Assembly (NCBI RefSeq): GCF_009914755.1
Contig: NC_060947.1
Source of the DNA: the human T2T-CHM13v2.0 reference genome, Homo sapiens
DNA length: 64,000 nucleotides
Reading direction: 5' to 3' (one strand)
Below, in pieces: positions 27,831 through 41,499 of this stretch; the first letter of the stretch is position 1, and every line of letters begins with the position of its first letter. A program made the translations under genes and the position numbers. The notes under the pieces were generated by a model, which was given only the letters and a program-made list of their open reading frames with translations, was not told where the DNA came from and did not search any database.

Positions 27831-29472
27831 CAAATTATAAACATTTCTCGGATTCCTAGATTACACTGCCCGATTCCATTAAGGCCATCATGGAATTGTA
27901 TACGTGTTATTTATCATGTTTCAGCCAAGATACAGGTCAGGAGTCTTCAGAGCCCCAGGTAAAAGGCTGGGAGAAACAGTGGTGGGGATAACAGTTGAAG
28001 GGAAGAGTTGTAACTATGTAGCTACATAAGAAGGGGAATGCAATCATTAAAATTAAAGACTAGATTTGAGTAAATTGATTTATTTGATATTAATAATTTA
28101 TTGAAGAAGCAGAAGTAGAACTACAAAAAAAAAAAAAGCTAAAATGAAGGTTGGGTTGAAAGTGGAAAGTCAGTCCAGATGCAAGACGCCGGGTTCTAAG
28201 AATAAGGCCAGGGGAAACAAGGATGGGAGAGGCTAGGCTGGGAAAGGAACCAATGAGAAGACAAGAAGACCTGCCCTTTTCTGCGGTCAGACAGGAGAGA
28301 AGTCCTACATCTCATTGGACTTTTTCAACTACATTTGTACTTTGATGTTTTATTCCTGCTTTTGAGGCTGGACAGCTATGCAATAATGAGGTCAAGGAAG
28401 ACTGTATACGTCCTGCTAAGACATTTGGACTGAATTCTGAAGACCATGAAGAGTCAGTAAAGGAATATAACCTAGGGAGTCAGCAATAAAATATTAGTCT
28501 CGATTGTTGCAGACTACTTTAAATGCAGAGTTAATGTCACATCCTGCTTCCAGGCAACTGGACAAAATACTGTAACTTGAAGCTTTCACTTGGAATCATT
28601 TAGTATTTTTCACTTGTAATGAAGCAGTCACAAAAAGATAAACATTTCGTGTATTAACATAAAAATCTCTTGGGTGATGTTATAAAACAAAGTATTTATT
28701 AACAACATAGCTGTATTATTTTTAACCAGCTGGGATGCATCATTCATTAATCCTCTTTGCCATTTTTGGAGATCACCAGACATAGATGTCCATGGCAGCA
28801 TTTCTCTTGGGCTAAACACTTTAACATGTAATGTAAAAGCTTTTTATAGTGGAATGTAGGTTTAGCTAGAGTGTCCACTCAGCACTAAGATATGCGGGGA
28901 TTTTTTTTTCTCCTATATTAAATCAAATTTGTTGACATGTTGCTCCATAGAGTTTTTAAAGCCTGATGTCTTCCTAGATGTATTATAAACTCTGCAGAGG
29001 ATCCTGAACCTCAGAGAGCACTACTTGCCATGGTGCTCTATTTCTAAAGTGGATGTTCAATAACTTCATCTCCCTGGAAGGAGCTGGCACTATGGAAATT
29101 AGACTATTTTGCTTGACCAGTTAGAGGACAATGGAAAGATGTTTACAGAGTCTAACATGCAATAACTGATTGTTTAAGCATTTTCTTTTCCCACCTATCA
29201 GGAGAATATAAAAGTTAGAAACGAGGCCGGAGTAGTTGTTCAATCCACAGTGCTATCTCTATACTGATAGGTGTTCTTCCCTCAGAAAACAAAAGAGGAT
29301 TACATTTCTGAACATCTGAATTTTCAAAAGATCAGAATTTTGTCATGTTCTAAGATATATTTCAGTTTATATGTTTCCCAAACATTCCAGCCTTGTATGA
29401 AAAAGTATGCTTAAAATAATTAAAATGTCTTCTGATTCTTTACAGCCATAATCAATGACAGCAAATGTTGCC

Positions 29473-29890
29473 TGTACCAGTTTGTTCTTCCTGTTAGAAT
29501 GCATTATCACAAACCTGGTGGCTTAACCAATACAAATGTATTAGCTTAAAGTTCTGTGTATCAGAAATCTGACAGATTTCACTAGGCTAAAGTCAAAGTA
29601 TCGGCAGGACCACCTTCCTTTCTTGAAAATCTAGAAGAGATTCTGTTTCCCTGACATTTCCAACTTCTAGGGGCCACCCTCACCCCTTGGCTCATGGTCC
29701 TCTTGCTCTATCCTGAAAGACAGCAGTGAAGCATATTCAAATATCCCTCTCTCTGAGCCCTGCTTCTCTCACATCTCTTTCCCCAACTGACCCTTTTACC
29801 TCTCTCTGATAAAGACCCCGGGTTTACACTGGGCCTCCCTGGATAATCCAGGATAATCTCCTATCTCAGCCTCCTTAACTGTATCTGTTC
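29473..29890 (-). mobile_element. MLT1D-like MaLR LTR
   Basis: CACAAACCTGGTGGCTTAA...GGCTAAAGTCAAAGTATCGGCAGG...GGATAATCCAGGATAATCTCC. Confidence 0.8.
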
Positions 29891-30199
29891 TCATCACTTG
29901 CTTTAATTTCTCCCTCAGTGACCAGCTGTTGCCTGCACAGGTTTCCCCCAACTAGTGTTCTCCTTCTGTTTCTATGAAGAATGAACAAGTAATTAAGTTT
30001 GATAGATGTAGAGCGAGAAAGAGAGAAAAGGAAAGAGGAGAGAGACTGAAGCAGGATTCTGGGCAAAGTCTGAGATGACCTGATGACCTGTGTGGTGAGT
30101 GAGTGATATCCATGTTGCCCATTTAAGGGATGGTATCGCTTGCCTCTGTTTTTCAGATGTGTTCAGGAGAGTTTATTCTGCTGTTCTAACCCCACTCAA

Positions 30200-30520
30200 C
30201 TGTTCATAACCTCTTCCTTGAATTTCATCCTCATTATTTGTTCTGTTCTTATATGCATGCTTTCCCCCTGCTCCATGGAATGCCCTTCCCTCACTTCCCT
30301 CCTGTCCAGAATCCCTTTCAAACATCTATTCTTAATGAATACATTCTCACCTTTTCACTCCAAACCAATAAATCCTTCCTTTATGCTCCGATGAAATTGT
30401 GTTCATGTTAAAACACTTTCAGCTCCATCAGAATTAGTTGCTTGTGTTTATGTCTTTCCCTGTTAAACTGTGAGTTCCTCAAGTTTTCCATCCCAGCCCA
30501 TATCACAGTCCCTTGTATAG
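30200..30520 (+). mobile_element. L2 fragment
   Basis: TGGAATGCCCTTCCCTC...AAACTGTGAGTTCCTCAAG. Confidence 0.55.
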
Positions 30521-30769
30521 AGTCTATTGCTGGGGAAACAAACACATAGTTTGTTTACTAGCCAACATGGAGAGTCAAGGGGCTGTGCTGGCCAGATGCA
30601 ATGAACACTCCTGGTTCTGGGCTCTGACTATCACAACTCTGTTGCTTTTCATTTGTGAAAAGTCTGCAGGAAATACCTAATATAGATGAATAAATGAAGG
30701 TAGAAAATGATTCGGTATTATCATTTTAGTGCTTATTTTCCTCATCACCTGTAAAGGGAACCTCAACAA

Positions 30770-31020
30770 TATTAACAGCCACCATTTAGTGGTGGCTGTA
30801 TGAACCACATTTTTGTGTACTTTGTATGAAACCACTTAATCAGTGCTAAACTTGCCTTATCTTATTTACAATTCCAAATAGCTCTATGAAGTAGGTATTC
30901 TTCTTATCTACATTTGACTGTGAGGAAACCAATACTGAAAAGTTGTTTTGCCTAAGATCATCATGCTATCATCAAATGTCAGAACTGAGATCTGAACCCC
31001 TACCTAACTGATCTCCTTAG
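30770..31020 (-). mobile_element. MIR SINE
   Basis: CTCTATGAAGTAGGTATT...TGAGGAAACC...TTGCCTAAGATCA. Confidence 0.65.
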
Positions 31021-31104
31021 CCTCTATGCAATACACTTCCTAAGTTCACTGCTTTTGCTGTCAATGTGGTTTATAAAACCTTGTCCCATTCCTGATCTTG
31101 AAGG

Positions 31105-31350
31105 GACAGAGTAATATAATGGTTCATAACCCAGGCTTGAAGTCAGAAAGGAGGATTAAAATATCGGACTCCTTTACTTAGAATGTGAACTCTTTGCAAA
31201 AGTTACTTACCTTGCTTGAAGCTCAGCTTCATTATTTTCAAGAATAGGAATTTTAAAAATAATTGGAATAATATTTCCTAACTCAGAAGTTTATTGTGAT
31301 GAATAAATGAGATGATACACATAAAATATTTATCAAACTACCATGCTATA
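31105..31350 (+). mobile_element. MIR SINE
   Basis: AAGTTACTTACC...ATTGTGATGAATAAATGAGATGATAC. Confidence 0.65.
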
Positions 31351-31999
31351 TTCCTCCTAGTTTTCCTGTGAGGAGTAACTTAGATAATATATCTAGGAAA
31401 TAGGAATTTACAATGGCAGTAGAAATTAAATAGTAATATATATGCTCAACATGTTATAATAATGTATAATATATGATATTAAACAATATACAAAGATAAA
31501 CGTGGTCTTTCTCATTGGGGAAAAAACTATTTACTTATCAAATATACTTTATTTGAGAGGGAAGCTTTCACTTGGTTTATTCATTGCAAATTTCAAAGCA
31601 GCATAATCTAAAAGAATAGCATTTTGTTTTATTTGAAAATTAGCACCATTGTTTTTGCCGTAAGGGGGACATGAACATAAGACACAAATTCTTACCCATG
31701 TCCCATTATACACAAGGCCCTCAAAACATCCCAAATTAAATAAATCACATATGTAATAGACAGACAGGACTCTCATCATAAAGCAGCATACATATTGCAG
31801 AAGAGGTGAAAACAGTTGACACAGCAAATCTAAGAGATTTGCTATCAAGAACAACTTGGACGGGGAACTCACATAGCAGACTCCAAGGCATGGATCACCT
31901 CAATATGTCCTAGAGAATCAACCTTTTTTCATTTACTCTAAGCTTCCTTAATACCACAGTGTGGTGAGACAGCTAATTAAAATGTATCAACTTACAAAA

Positions 32000-32550
32000 T
32001 ATAAAAAGATAGATCAAGACAAAGAGATAATAACTATAGCAAAGAAAACGTAGTTAGGGCTAAAGTTAGCGATAAGAAAATAAGATGGCCTACCCTAAAG
32101 TTATATGCTATTACTAAAGATAAGTTATAATTTTTTCTTTGAACATCTCAGTATTCATAGTTAAGAGAAAAAATAAGGTTTACATAATCAAAAAATAAAA
32201 TCATATAAAGCAGTTGCTCGGGTGAACCATAACTCCTCCTGGCACTAAGGGGTCTGAGAGAAACCTGTGTGGATCCACTTGATAAGGTCACTGTATGTTG
32301 TTGTGGATATAATCCTTTACAGTATCCATGCAGTAAATGTCTTGGTGAATTTCATATTACTACTTTGGATGCCCAATTTCAAAGTACTACAAGTACATGA
32401 CACCAGTGCATGGTTCAATAAAAGCAATTTGATAGAGCCCAAATAAGTGTGTTCAACTTCTTCACCCTCTGATGGCTGGCTTGATGCAGGAATGGCTCAA
32501 GAATAGCTGGAGTACATTTAAACTCCAAACTGCACTCTGCTGAATCCCAT
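32000..32550. mobile_element. L4 (RTE-X) ancient LINE fragment
   Basis: CAGTTGCTCGGG...CCTGGCACTAAG...GAGAGAAA...TTCAATAAAAGCAATT matches the recalled L4_Mam consensus. Confidence 0.55.
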
Positions 32551-32862
32551 AGTTCCTTTCAAGATAACAGAGCTGGAGGGTGGCTAGGTGCGTGGATCCC
32601 TACCCCTGCTTTAAAAAGAGTAATTCTGCTTTTGTTTGTGTTAATACTGGGGTCCCACATAATATTTAATTTGAAAACAGAATGTGGTCTTCTTTTTTTC
32701 TTGAAAAAACTGTAAATAACTAGTTTAGAGGAATGTCTAAGTTTTCAGGAAATCTTCCAGTGTGAATGGCATTTGTTACAGCTCAGTTTTTAAAAACTAT
32801 TCCTATCTTTTGTTTTCTTAAGCTTTCTTTTCCTTTCAAAGAATTTATTTTTATATTCTTAA

Positions 32863-33242
<380 letters not shown>

Positions 33243-33714
33243 TTATTGCAATGATTCAAATATCATAGACAATTCAGTAGTATCTTGCCACTTAATTTTA
33301 CCAGCTTAATGAAACTTCTTTGTTATGGTACGTAGACTTACATATGTTTCATTTTGCTTATAAAAACTTGAAAAATTTTTACATATTTGCATGTGTTTAT
33401 ATAAATATATGGAGACATACACACACCCACTTACTATGCACACATTCACAAAAACAATTCTTAACATGCTCTGATTAACATAAGAATCATTTTGAATACA
33501 TATGTGTAGTTGTATGCATATATATACATAATCTTTTATATTCTTTTTTATAGGTGCATAGTAATTCAAATTATAGAAGTAACATACTTTTTTCAAACAT
33601 AACACTGTTGATATGCGTTGAGGATATTTCCAGGATATATGATTTTTTTTTTTTGGTATTACAAAACCATGCAGCTATAAACATTTATTCTTTACCCACT
33701 GAATCTTCATTTCT

Positions 33715-34016
33715 TTTCCTTTTTTTTTTTTTTTTAGACGGAGTCTTGCTCTGTCCCCCAGGCTGTAGTACAGTGGCATGATCTTGGCTCACTGTAAGCT
33801 CCGCCTCCCAGGTTCATGCCCTTCTCCTGCCTCAGCCTCCTGAGTAGCTGAGACTACAGGCGCCCGCCACCATGCCCGGCTAATTTTTTTGTATTTTTAT
33901 TAGAGACGGGGTTTCACCGTGTTAGCCAGGATGGTCTTGATCTCCTGACCTCGCGATCCGCCCGCCTTGGCCTCCCAAAGTGCTGGGATTACAGGTGTGA
34001 GCCACCGCGCCTGGCC
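33715..34016 (-). mobile_element. AluY
   Basis: Y diagnostics and a perfect 15-bp TSD, TGAATCTTCATTTCT, at 33700-33714 and 34017-34031. Confidence 0.95.
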
Positions 34017-34127
34017 TGAATCTTCATTTCTAAGGGTGAAATTATCAGACCAAAATGGCATGAACATTTATTTTAATAAATACTTCTTGAATATTTTCTA
34101 CCAATAATGCCATTAATGCATGGTCCT

Positions 34128-34591
34128 TGTAAAGTTAAAGAAAGAGGAAAGAAACACAAAACATGGCTAGCAGTTAAAGACAGATTTACTTTAAACAAAA
34201 CCTGAGAGGCACTCCTGGCCAATTTCGGTCAGGAGCACTTTCCCTTACAGACTAAGAGAATATATTGGTTTTAGGGTGAGGGGGCTTATTACAAGCTTGG
34301 AATGTTTATGTGTGTGGAGAAGGTTATGGCGGGGTTGGAATCTCTCTGGGCAGAGGGGAGGTTATCTTGGGGCAGACATCTTCCCAGCCCTGAGTGGGGT
34401 TTGTCTTGGGACTAGCATGTCTCTCGTCAGGGAAGAATGTGGAATGTTTCCGGTCGGAGATGTTATTTGTGGTTTAAGCTCATGCTGGCTTTAGCCGTTA
34501 GGCTGACACCCTATGGATTTAGGCAGTTTTTTATTAAGGTGAACTTTAGAAGGAGGGGCTTGTCCAAGATGGCGATGCTCCTGCTCTGTCA
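34128..34591 (-). mobile_element. ERV1 solo LTR (LTR19A-like)
   Basis: TG...CA termini. The sense start is TGACAGAGCAGGAGCATCGCCATCTTGGACAAGC. A 5-bp TSD, GTCCT, is at 34123-34127 and 34592-34596. It sits within an old L1ME-like remnant. Confidence 0.85.
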
Positions 34592-34769
34592 GTCCTAACA
34601 GCAGTGTATAAATGTTTTTATTTTCTCATCACCCACCCCCATCAACAGATATCATCTGTCTCATTTAAAAAATTTTTCTTAGTCAAATTATTTTAATTTT
34701 AATTTTTATTGTTTACTCCTAGTAAAGATGTACATATTTCATGTTTTCTTCTCTTAAATGTAACACAAT

Positions 34770-35110
34770 AATAAAATACATAATGCAAAAACTACCAGAA
34801 ATACAAGAAGAATCACACATTATTGCAATTACTGTGGAAGACTTTAATAAATCTCTTTAAAACGTTATCAGGTTAACTAGATTTTAAAGATTTGTATTAT
34901 CAGTAATCACCTGTATGTGTGGGTGCATACTTTGTACCTTACAAATAGAGACCACACCTTCTCATATGCTATGTAGCCTTTACAGAAACCATCACCATTT
35001 GACAACAGGTGGACAACAGATTGCTTGTATTTAAATTTTCTGCTAAGAATCTGAAAAGTAGATATTGCATTCTGCATATTCTTCATCTTAAACACCACAG
35101 AGATCAACAC
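34770..35110 (+). mobile_element. Old L1M-type endonuclease-region fragment
   Basis: AAAATACATAATGCAAAAACTACCAGAAATACAAGAAGAA...GGAAGACTTTAAT resembles the ORF2 EN GDFN region. Confidence 0.5.
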
Positions 35111-35189
35111 GCTAGAGCCAGTCGAGTTTCTTCTGAGAAGGATATGCTGAGGATATGGCTTTAGCTATAAAATACTATGGCAATAGGCA

Positions 35190-35350
35190 TGTCTGTTTGT
35201 TTTCTACTGCCGTGTAACAAATTAACACAATCTTAGCAGCTTAAAATAATAAACATTGAAATAAATGTCTCACAGTTTTGTAGGTAAGAAATACAGGCAG
35301 AATTCAGACTGGTTCTTTACTTTAGGTCTCATAAGGCCAAATTCAAGGAC
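35190..35350 (-). mobile_element. MLT1 LTR fragment
   Basis: CTACTGCCGTGTAACAAATTAACACAATCTTAGCAGCTTAAAATAA. Confidence 0.65.
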
Positions 35351-35684
35351 TTGCTTTTAGGAATATGAAACAGAAAATTCATACTAAGTGATATTCTATA
35401 TGACCAAGTATAAAAATTACTTAGTTTTTATTAATTAGCTAGGGTTAGCCAAGGCCTAAGAGTAAATGTGACCTCTCTTCCTTGCATTTGCATTATACAT
35501 ATGTGATTCTCTCAAGAATTCTTACACTCCTACTTGAATCACGTTCATTTGCTCTAGAGAATTTGGAAGAGTACTCAGCTACCATGATGGGAAAGAGAAA
35601 ATGAACACCAAGAGAAGAGATTCTTGTTTTAATTTAATTTTTTACCAAACTCAGAATATGTAAAGTTCCAGAAGGTATCTTTCT

Positions 35685-35810
35685 TCCTCTCTCTCTCTCT
35701 CTCTCTGTCTCTCTCTTTCTCCTTCTCTCTCTCTCACATACATACATACATACATACATACATACACACACGTATATACACACGTGCACACACACACACA
35801 CACACACACA
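35685..35810. repeat. (CT)n(CATA)n(CA)n compound microsatellite
   Basis: Directly visible. Confidence 0.9.
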
Positions 35811-36439
35811 GAGTGCTCACCTTTCCTGCTCCATCTTATTAAAATTATCTAAAAAACCACTTGAAACATGTTTATCTTTCTTTTCCTCCTAGCATTTAAC
35901 TCTACATTTCTATGCTTTTTATTTTTTCTTATTTAGATCTCTTCCACTGACTTGCTACCATGGAAGGTAAGTTTTATAGTCTCTCACTGCACTTCTGGCC
36001 TGATCCCACTCAAGCACATTTTTCTCCCCATAACTCCACAGTAAAATAATTTCACAATGTGTTTTCATTAATATTCAACCTTTTTATTATTATGCATATG
36101 CCATATTACTCACAGATTAACCATGAAATAATATACAATAATTACATTGAGTTTATTGCATAACTTTTCTTTCACCCACTAGCTAATAATTGTCTCCTTG
36201 TTGTTTGTCTAGTATCTGCCATTAACTCATCCTCAAACTCTCTACTAGAATGATACCTCTCCTTACAACAAATTTAAACATATCAAGTAATGTGTTATTT
36301 TATTTCTATCTCTTCTCAGAGATATCCTTCTTGGAGCCCTTGGTTGTTCAGGCCTAATCTGAAATAGTCCTATAAGTCAGCTGCAGAGGTTTCATCCTGA
36401 TAACTCCCTCTATTACCATTCCAGGCATTATTTTTATCT

Positions 36440-38158
36440 CTTTTTAAATATTTTTTAACTTTTAATTTTTGTGGATACATAGTAGATGCATATATTTTGG
36501 GGGCATGTGTGATGTTTTGATACAGACATGCAGTGTGTAATAAGCACATCATACAGAATGGGGTATTCATCCCCTCAAGCATTTATACTTTGAGTGACAA
36601 ATAATTAAATTATGCTCCTTAAGTTTTTTAAAAATATACAATTAAGTTATTCTTGACTATAGTCATCCCGTTGTGCTATCAAATAGTAGGTCTTATTCAT
36701 TCTTTCTAACTACTTTTTGTATGCGTTAACCATTCCACTTCCCTCTCATCACCGCACTGCCCTACCTAGCCTCTGTTAACCACCAGTCTACTCTATGTTC
36801 AAGAGTTCCATTGTTTTGATTTTTAGATCCCACAAAAAAGTGAGAACATGTGATGTTTGTCTTTCTGTGCCTGGCTTATTTCACTTAACGTAATGATCTT
36901 CAGTTCTACCCATGTTGTCGAAAATGACTGGGTCTCATTCTTTTTTTTGGCTGAGTGTTACTCCATTGTGTATATGTACCACATTTTCTTTATCCATGTA
37001 TCTGTCAATGGATACTTAGGCTGCATCCAAATCTTGGCTATTGTGAATAGTGCTTCAACAAACGTAGTAGTGCAGATATGTCTTTAACATACTCATTTCC
37101 CTTCTTTTGGGTGTATATCCAGCAGTGGGATTGTTGGGTCATGTGGTAGCTCAATTTTTAGGTTTTTAGGAAACCTCTAAAATGTTCACTATAATGGTTG
37201 TACTACCTTACATTCCCACCAACAGCCTATGAGGGTTTCTCCACCTCCTCGCCGGCATTTTTTATTTATTACCTGTCTTTTGGATATAAACCATTTTAAT
37301 GAGGGTGAGATTACATCTCATTGTAGTTTTGATTTGCATTTCTCTGATAATCAGTGATGTTGATCACCTTTCCATATGACCATTTGCCATTTGTACGTCC
37401 TTTTTTGAAAAATGTCTACTCAAATATTTTGCCCATTTTTTGATCAGATTATTCGGTTTTTCCCTATAGAGTCGTTGTAGCTCCTTACATGTTCTGGTCA
37501 CTAACCCCTTGTTAGATGGGTAGTTTGCAAATACTTTCTCCATTCTGTGGGTTGTCTCTTCACTTTCTTGGTTGTATCCATTACTGTGCAGAAGTTTTTT
37601 TAACTTGATGTGATCCCATTTGTTATTTTTGCTTTGGTTGCCTGTGCTTGTGGGGTATCACTCAGAAAACGTTTGCCCAGCCCAATGTCTTAGAGAGTAT
37701 TCCCAATAATTTTTTGCAGTACGTTCATAGTTTGAGGTCTTTAATCCACTGTGATTACATTTTCCTATGAGGTAGGAGATATGGATCAAGTTTTATTTTT
37801 CTGTATATGAATAGATATCCAGTTTTCCTAGCATCGTTTATTGAAGAGATTGTCTTTTTCCCTGTGTGTGCTCTTGGCCACTTTGTCAAAAGTGAGTTTA
37901 CTGTAGGTGCGTGGATTTGTTTCTGGGCTCTCTATTCTATTCTGTTGGTTGTCTGTTCTCTGTTATTATCCCCTGGAATAAACTTTCTATCCCTGTCTCT
38001 TTCTCCACCTACTCTTTAAAGCCAATAACTCTTAGATTTGCTTTTTTGAGGCTATTTTCTAGACTCTGTAGGATGCTTTATTGTTTTTCCCTTAAGAGTG
38101 GTAAGGTCCCCAGGCCCCGGATGGTTCCAGAAACACTGTCTGGGAATCAGGAGCTCGT
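36440..38158 (-). mobile_element. L1MA (MA2/3-like): 3' end and ORF2 tail (to ~37945) fused to an ORF1 piece (~37950-38090) and a 5' UTR piece (~38090-38158)
   Basis: 3' UTR motif ATCCCCTCAAGCATTTA. ORF1-region motif GCCAATAACTCTTAGATTTG...TTGAGGCTATTTTCTAGA. 5' UTR motif CCCCAGGCCCCGG...TCCAGAAACACTGTCTGGGA, similar to 43755-43812. Confidence 0.8.
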
Positions 38159-40394
38159 CCCCTGATTTCCTTTACGACCCGAAGTCCTTTAACACCCAAT
38201 TTCCTATGTTCGAGATTTTCAGGCACCTAAGCCCTCATTGTTGCAGAGGAATAGTTATATTTGTAAATTTCAATATTATTTAATCGGAAAAAGTATTCAA
38301 TTGTAGATGACATATTTGTAAAATTTGTGTAAATGGAGCAATGTGAATCACACATTTGTTGAATGTTAGAGGACAAGAAGAGTGCTTTTGATCTCTTGTC
38401 TAGAGATGTCTGTGTCTTAAACTACCTCAGAATGTCATGATGAAAAGTTAGCTGTCTATGAAACAGTTTATTTGGAATAACATGTTTATATAAGGACAGA
38501 GCTTTGTGTTAGAAAATTGTGTTTTCGATTTTTATTCTCTTTGCTCAATTTTGGAATTAAAAAGCTGCATCTCTTGCCTCAGTTCCCAGTCTTTAAAACG
38601 TTGCTAATTCTGATTCTCACTCTACTGAGATTATTGTTAGTGGATGTCAAGAATGACATGAGACAAATAAAAACATTTATAATCCTTGAGGTGTTGCTAT
38701 AAAGAATGGATATTTAATTAATTCAGAAGACAGCTTGGACACATTTCTGGCTTTTGATGGCCTATTAGGTAGGACAAAATGCTATGCCTCTGTGACAGGA
38801 AGACCCAACTTTAAAGACCAAAGCTTTTATTTCTCTTAGTAAACAGTCCAGAGTAAGACACACTTCTCTGTTCCATTTAGTTACATAGGAGGTTAGGCTA
38901 CCTTTTATTTATTTGCCATTCTCCCTGGGCTTGTATATATTGGCATAGTTGAAATTGCTTTGCAGGTATGTCTGTGTTCTAGCCCACAGGAAGATGAATG
39001 AGCATAAAGAAATTCATTTCCAATGTTTTAAGACCCAGTCGTAGAAGTAGCATGCTATCCTCTTCCATTTATATGAAACCCTAATATTATGGATGAAGGG
39101 CAGAATGGCTACTCTGGTAAACCTGGGCGTGGGTAGTTGAGTGGGGATGAGAAAAGACCATCAGAGTAGTGAGAATGATCTAGTACTTTTCAGAACACTG
39201 CTTAGGGTCCAGCTCAGAGTTGTTTTGTCTCCCCAAGGAAAGTCCTTGGTTACTGTCTTCCTTCTCTAAAGTGAAAATAGATTACTTTTCTCCAGAAGCA
39301 GACATATGAAGTTTCTTCTCAGAGGTTTAGCTGCTTTCAATATATCAGCAACGTATTTTTAAAATCTAGAGGAAAACATTTTTCTTTCACCTCACTAAAT
39401 GAGTCATTTTCTTATACTGGTTCTTGCAAGTTTGCTCAGCTCTCCTGCACATTTTCTGAGGAAACACAAAATGTTCAAATCTCTCATTGCATCAATTGGT
39501 CATCCTACAATGAAATCAGGAAATAAGAGGTGTTGTTTGTATCATATTTCCAGTCTTTGGTGACAATCACATTTCTCAATTATCATCTCGATTTGTGGAC
39601 CATAATGGAAATGGAAATACAGCATTTACATGCATTGTACGTTTCAAATTTTGCAGGTCGCTTTAACTTTTGGAAGCTCATATAATTTTTTAAAAAGACT
39701 TGATTTTAAAAAGTATGCTTTTCAAAAAATGACTGACTTACAATACTAACAGCTTGAATTATTCAAGTGCCTCAGGTTCAATTCGACCCCATGTCGTGAT
39801 GTTAGTACAGCTTGACATGATCATGTGAAATCGGTAATAATGTGTTGCTGACCTAGCAATATGGTGGAACATCTGAGAGAACATTGACAGTTTTCCAAAA
39901 CCTTCCTGATTAAACATTCATTTCCCTTTTTAACATGCCTCTGCTTAGAGAGCTTGAAAAAGGTTTGTTTTTAATTTTCGTGTTTTTTTTGGCAAGTTGG
40001 CCAATAGTTTACAAACATTTTCCAAATAATATTTCTTTCTGCATTGCTTTCAGCACCTAGGATTACAGAGGCTGTTACTTTATAATGCTCTACGATGTTT
40101 TTAGCATTTGCATGTCTATTCATCATATCAATTGTAAATTACAAGCTCTTGAAAATCAAGGATTTATTATTTATTTGTATTTTTCCTCTAATAGCGTTAA
40201 ATACATTTCTGAGCATACAGAAATTATTAGATAAACATTTTTTATGTATGTGTGAATGAATGAATAACCATAACCAGTGAGTATGCCTGGATATAGCAGA
40301 CTGAATCTGTGAATTCAGGCTTCCCTTGGCTTCCAAAATTATTGAGATGCTAAAAAAAATAATAAAATAAAATGAAGTTTATATATATAACTGA

Positions 40395-40671
40395 GGCCAG
40401 ACATGGTGGCTCAAGCCTGTAATCCCAGCACTTTGGGAGGCTGAGGTGGGCGGATCACATAGGAAATCAAGGCCATCCTGGCCACATCGTGAAACGCCCC
40501 TCAACTAAAAATACAAAAATTAGCTGGGTGTGGTGGCACGTGCCTGTAATCCCAGCTGCTCAGGGGCCTGAGGCACGAGAATTGCTTGAACCCAGGGGAC
40601 AGAGGTTGCAGTGAGCTGAGATCGTACCATTGCACCCCAGCCTGGCGATAGAGTGAGACTCCGCCTCAAAA
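40395..40671 (+). mobile_element. Alu (diverged AluS, Sc-like CCTGGCGA) whose tail is replaced by a VNTR
   Basis: Alu body. The flank ATATATAACTGAG at ~40383-40395 reappears as ATATATAAAACTGAG at ~41463-41477. Confidence 0.92.
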
Positions 40672-41469
40672 TATATGTATATGTGTATATGTATATATGT
40701 GTATATGTATATATACGCGCATATACATGTACGTATATATACGCGCATATACATGTACGTATATATACGCGCATATACATGTACGTATATATACGCGCAT
40801 ATACATGTACGTATATATACGCGCATATACATGTACGTATATATACGCGCATATACATGTACGTATATATACGCGCATATACATGTACGTATATATACGC
40901 GCATATACATATATACGTATATATACGCGCATATACATGTACGTATATATACGCGCATATACATGTACGTATATATACGCGCATATACATATATACGTAT
41001 ATATACGCGTATATACACGTATATACACGTATATACACGTATATACATATATACGTATATATACACGTATATACACGTATATACACATATACACATAGGT
41101 ATATACACACGTATACACATAGGTATATACACACGTATACACACACGTATATACACACGTATACACACACGTATATACACACGTATACACACACGTATAT
41201 ACACACGTATACACACACGTATATACACACGTATACACACACGTATATACACACGTATACACACGTATATACACACGTATATACACACGTATACACACGT
41301 ATATACACACGTATATACACACGTATACACACGTATATACACACGTATATACACACGTATACACACGTATATACACACGTATATACGTATATATACATAG
41401 ACATATATGTATATATACGTATATGTATATATACATATATGTGTGTGTGTATATATATATATATATATA
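40671..41469. repeat. ~800 bp alternating purine-pyrimidine minisatellite (26-bp unit ATATATACGCGCATATACATGTACGT, then 10-24 bp ATACACACGT-type units)
   Basis: Eleven 26/28-bp units at 40709-40998, then shorter related units. It accounts for all six long Y/I/C/V/T/H/R-rich ORFs here. Confidence 0.97.
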
Positions 41470-41499
41470 AAACTGAGTGTCAAAGAAATGGAAATTCAA

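Noticed and set aside
40709-40998. Regular 26-bp repeats superficially like a CRISPR array
   Set aside because: The units are head-to-tail with no unique spacers, there are no cas genes, and the context is eukaryotic.
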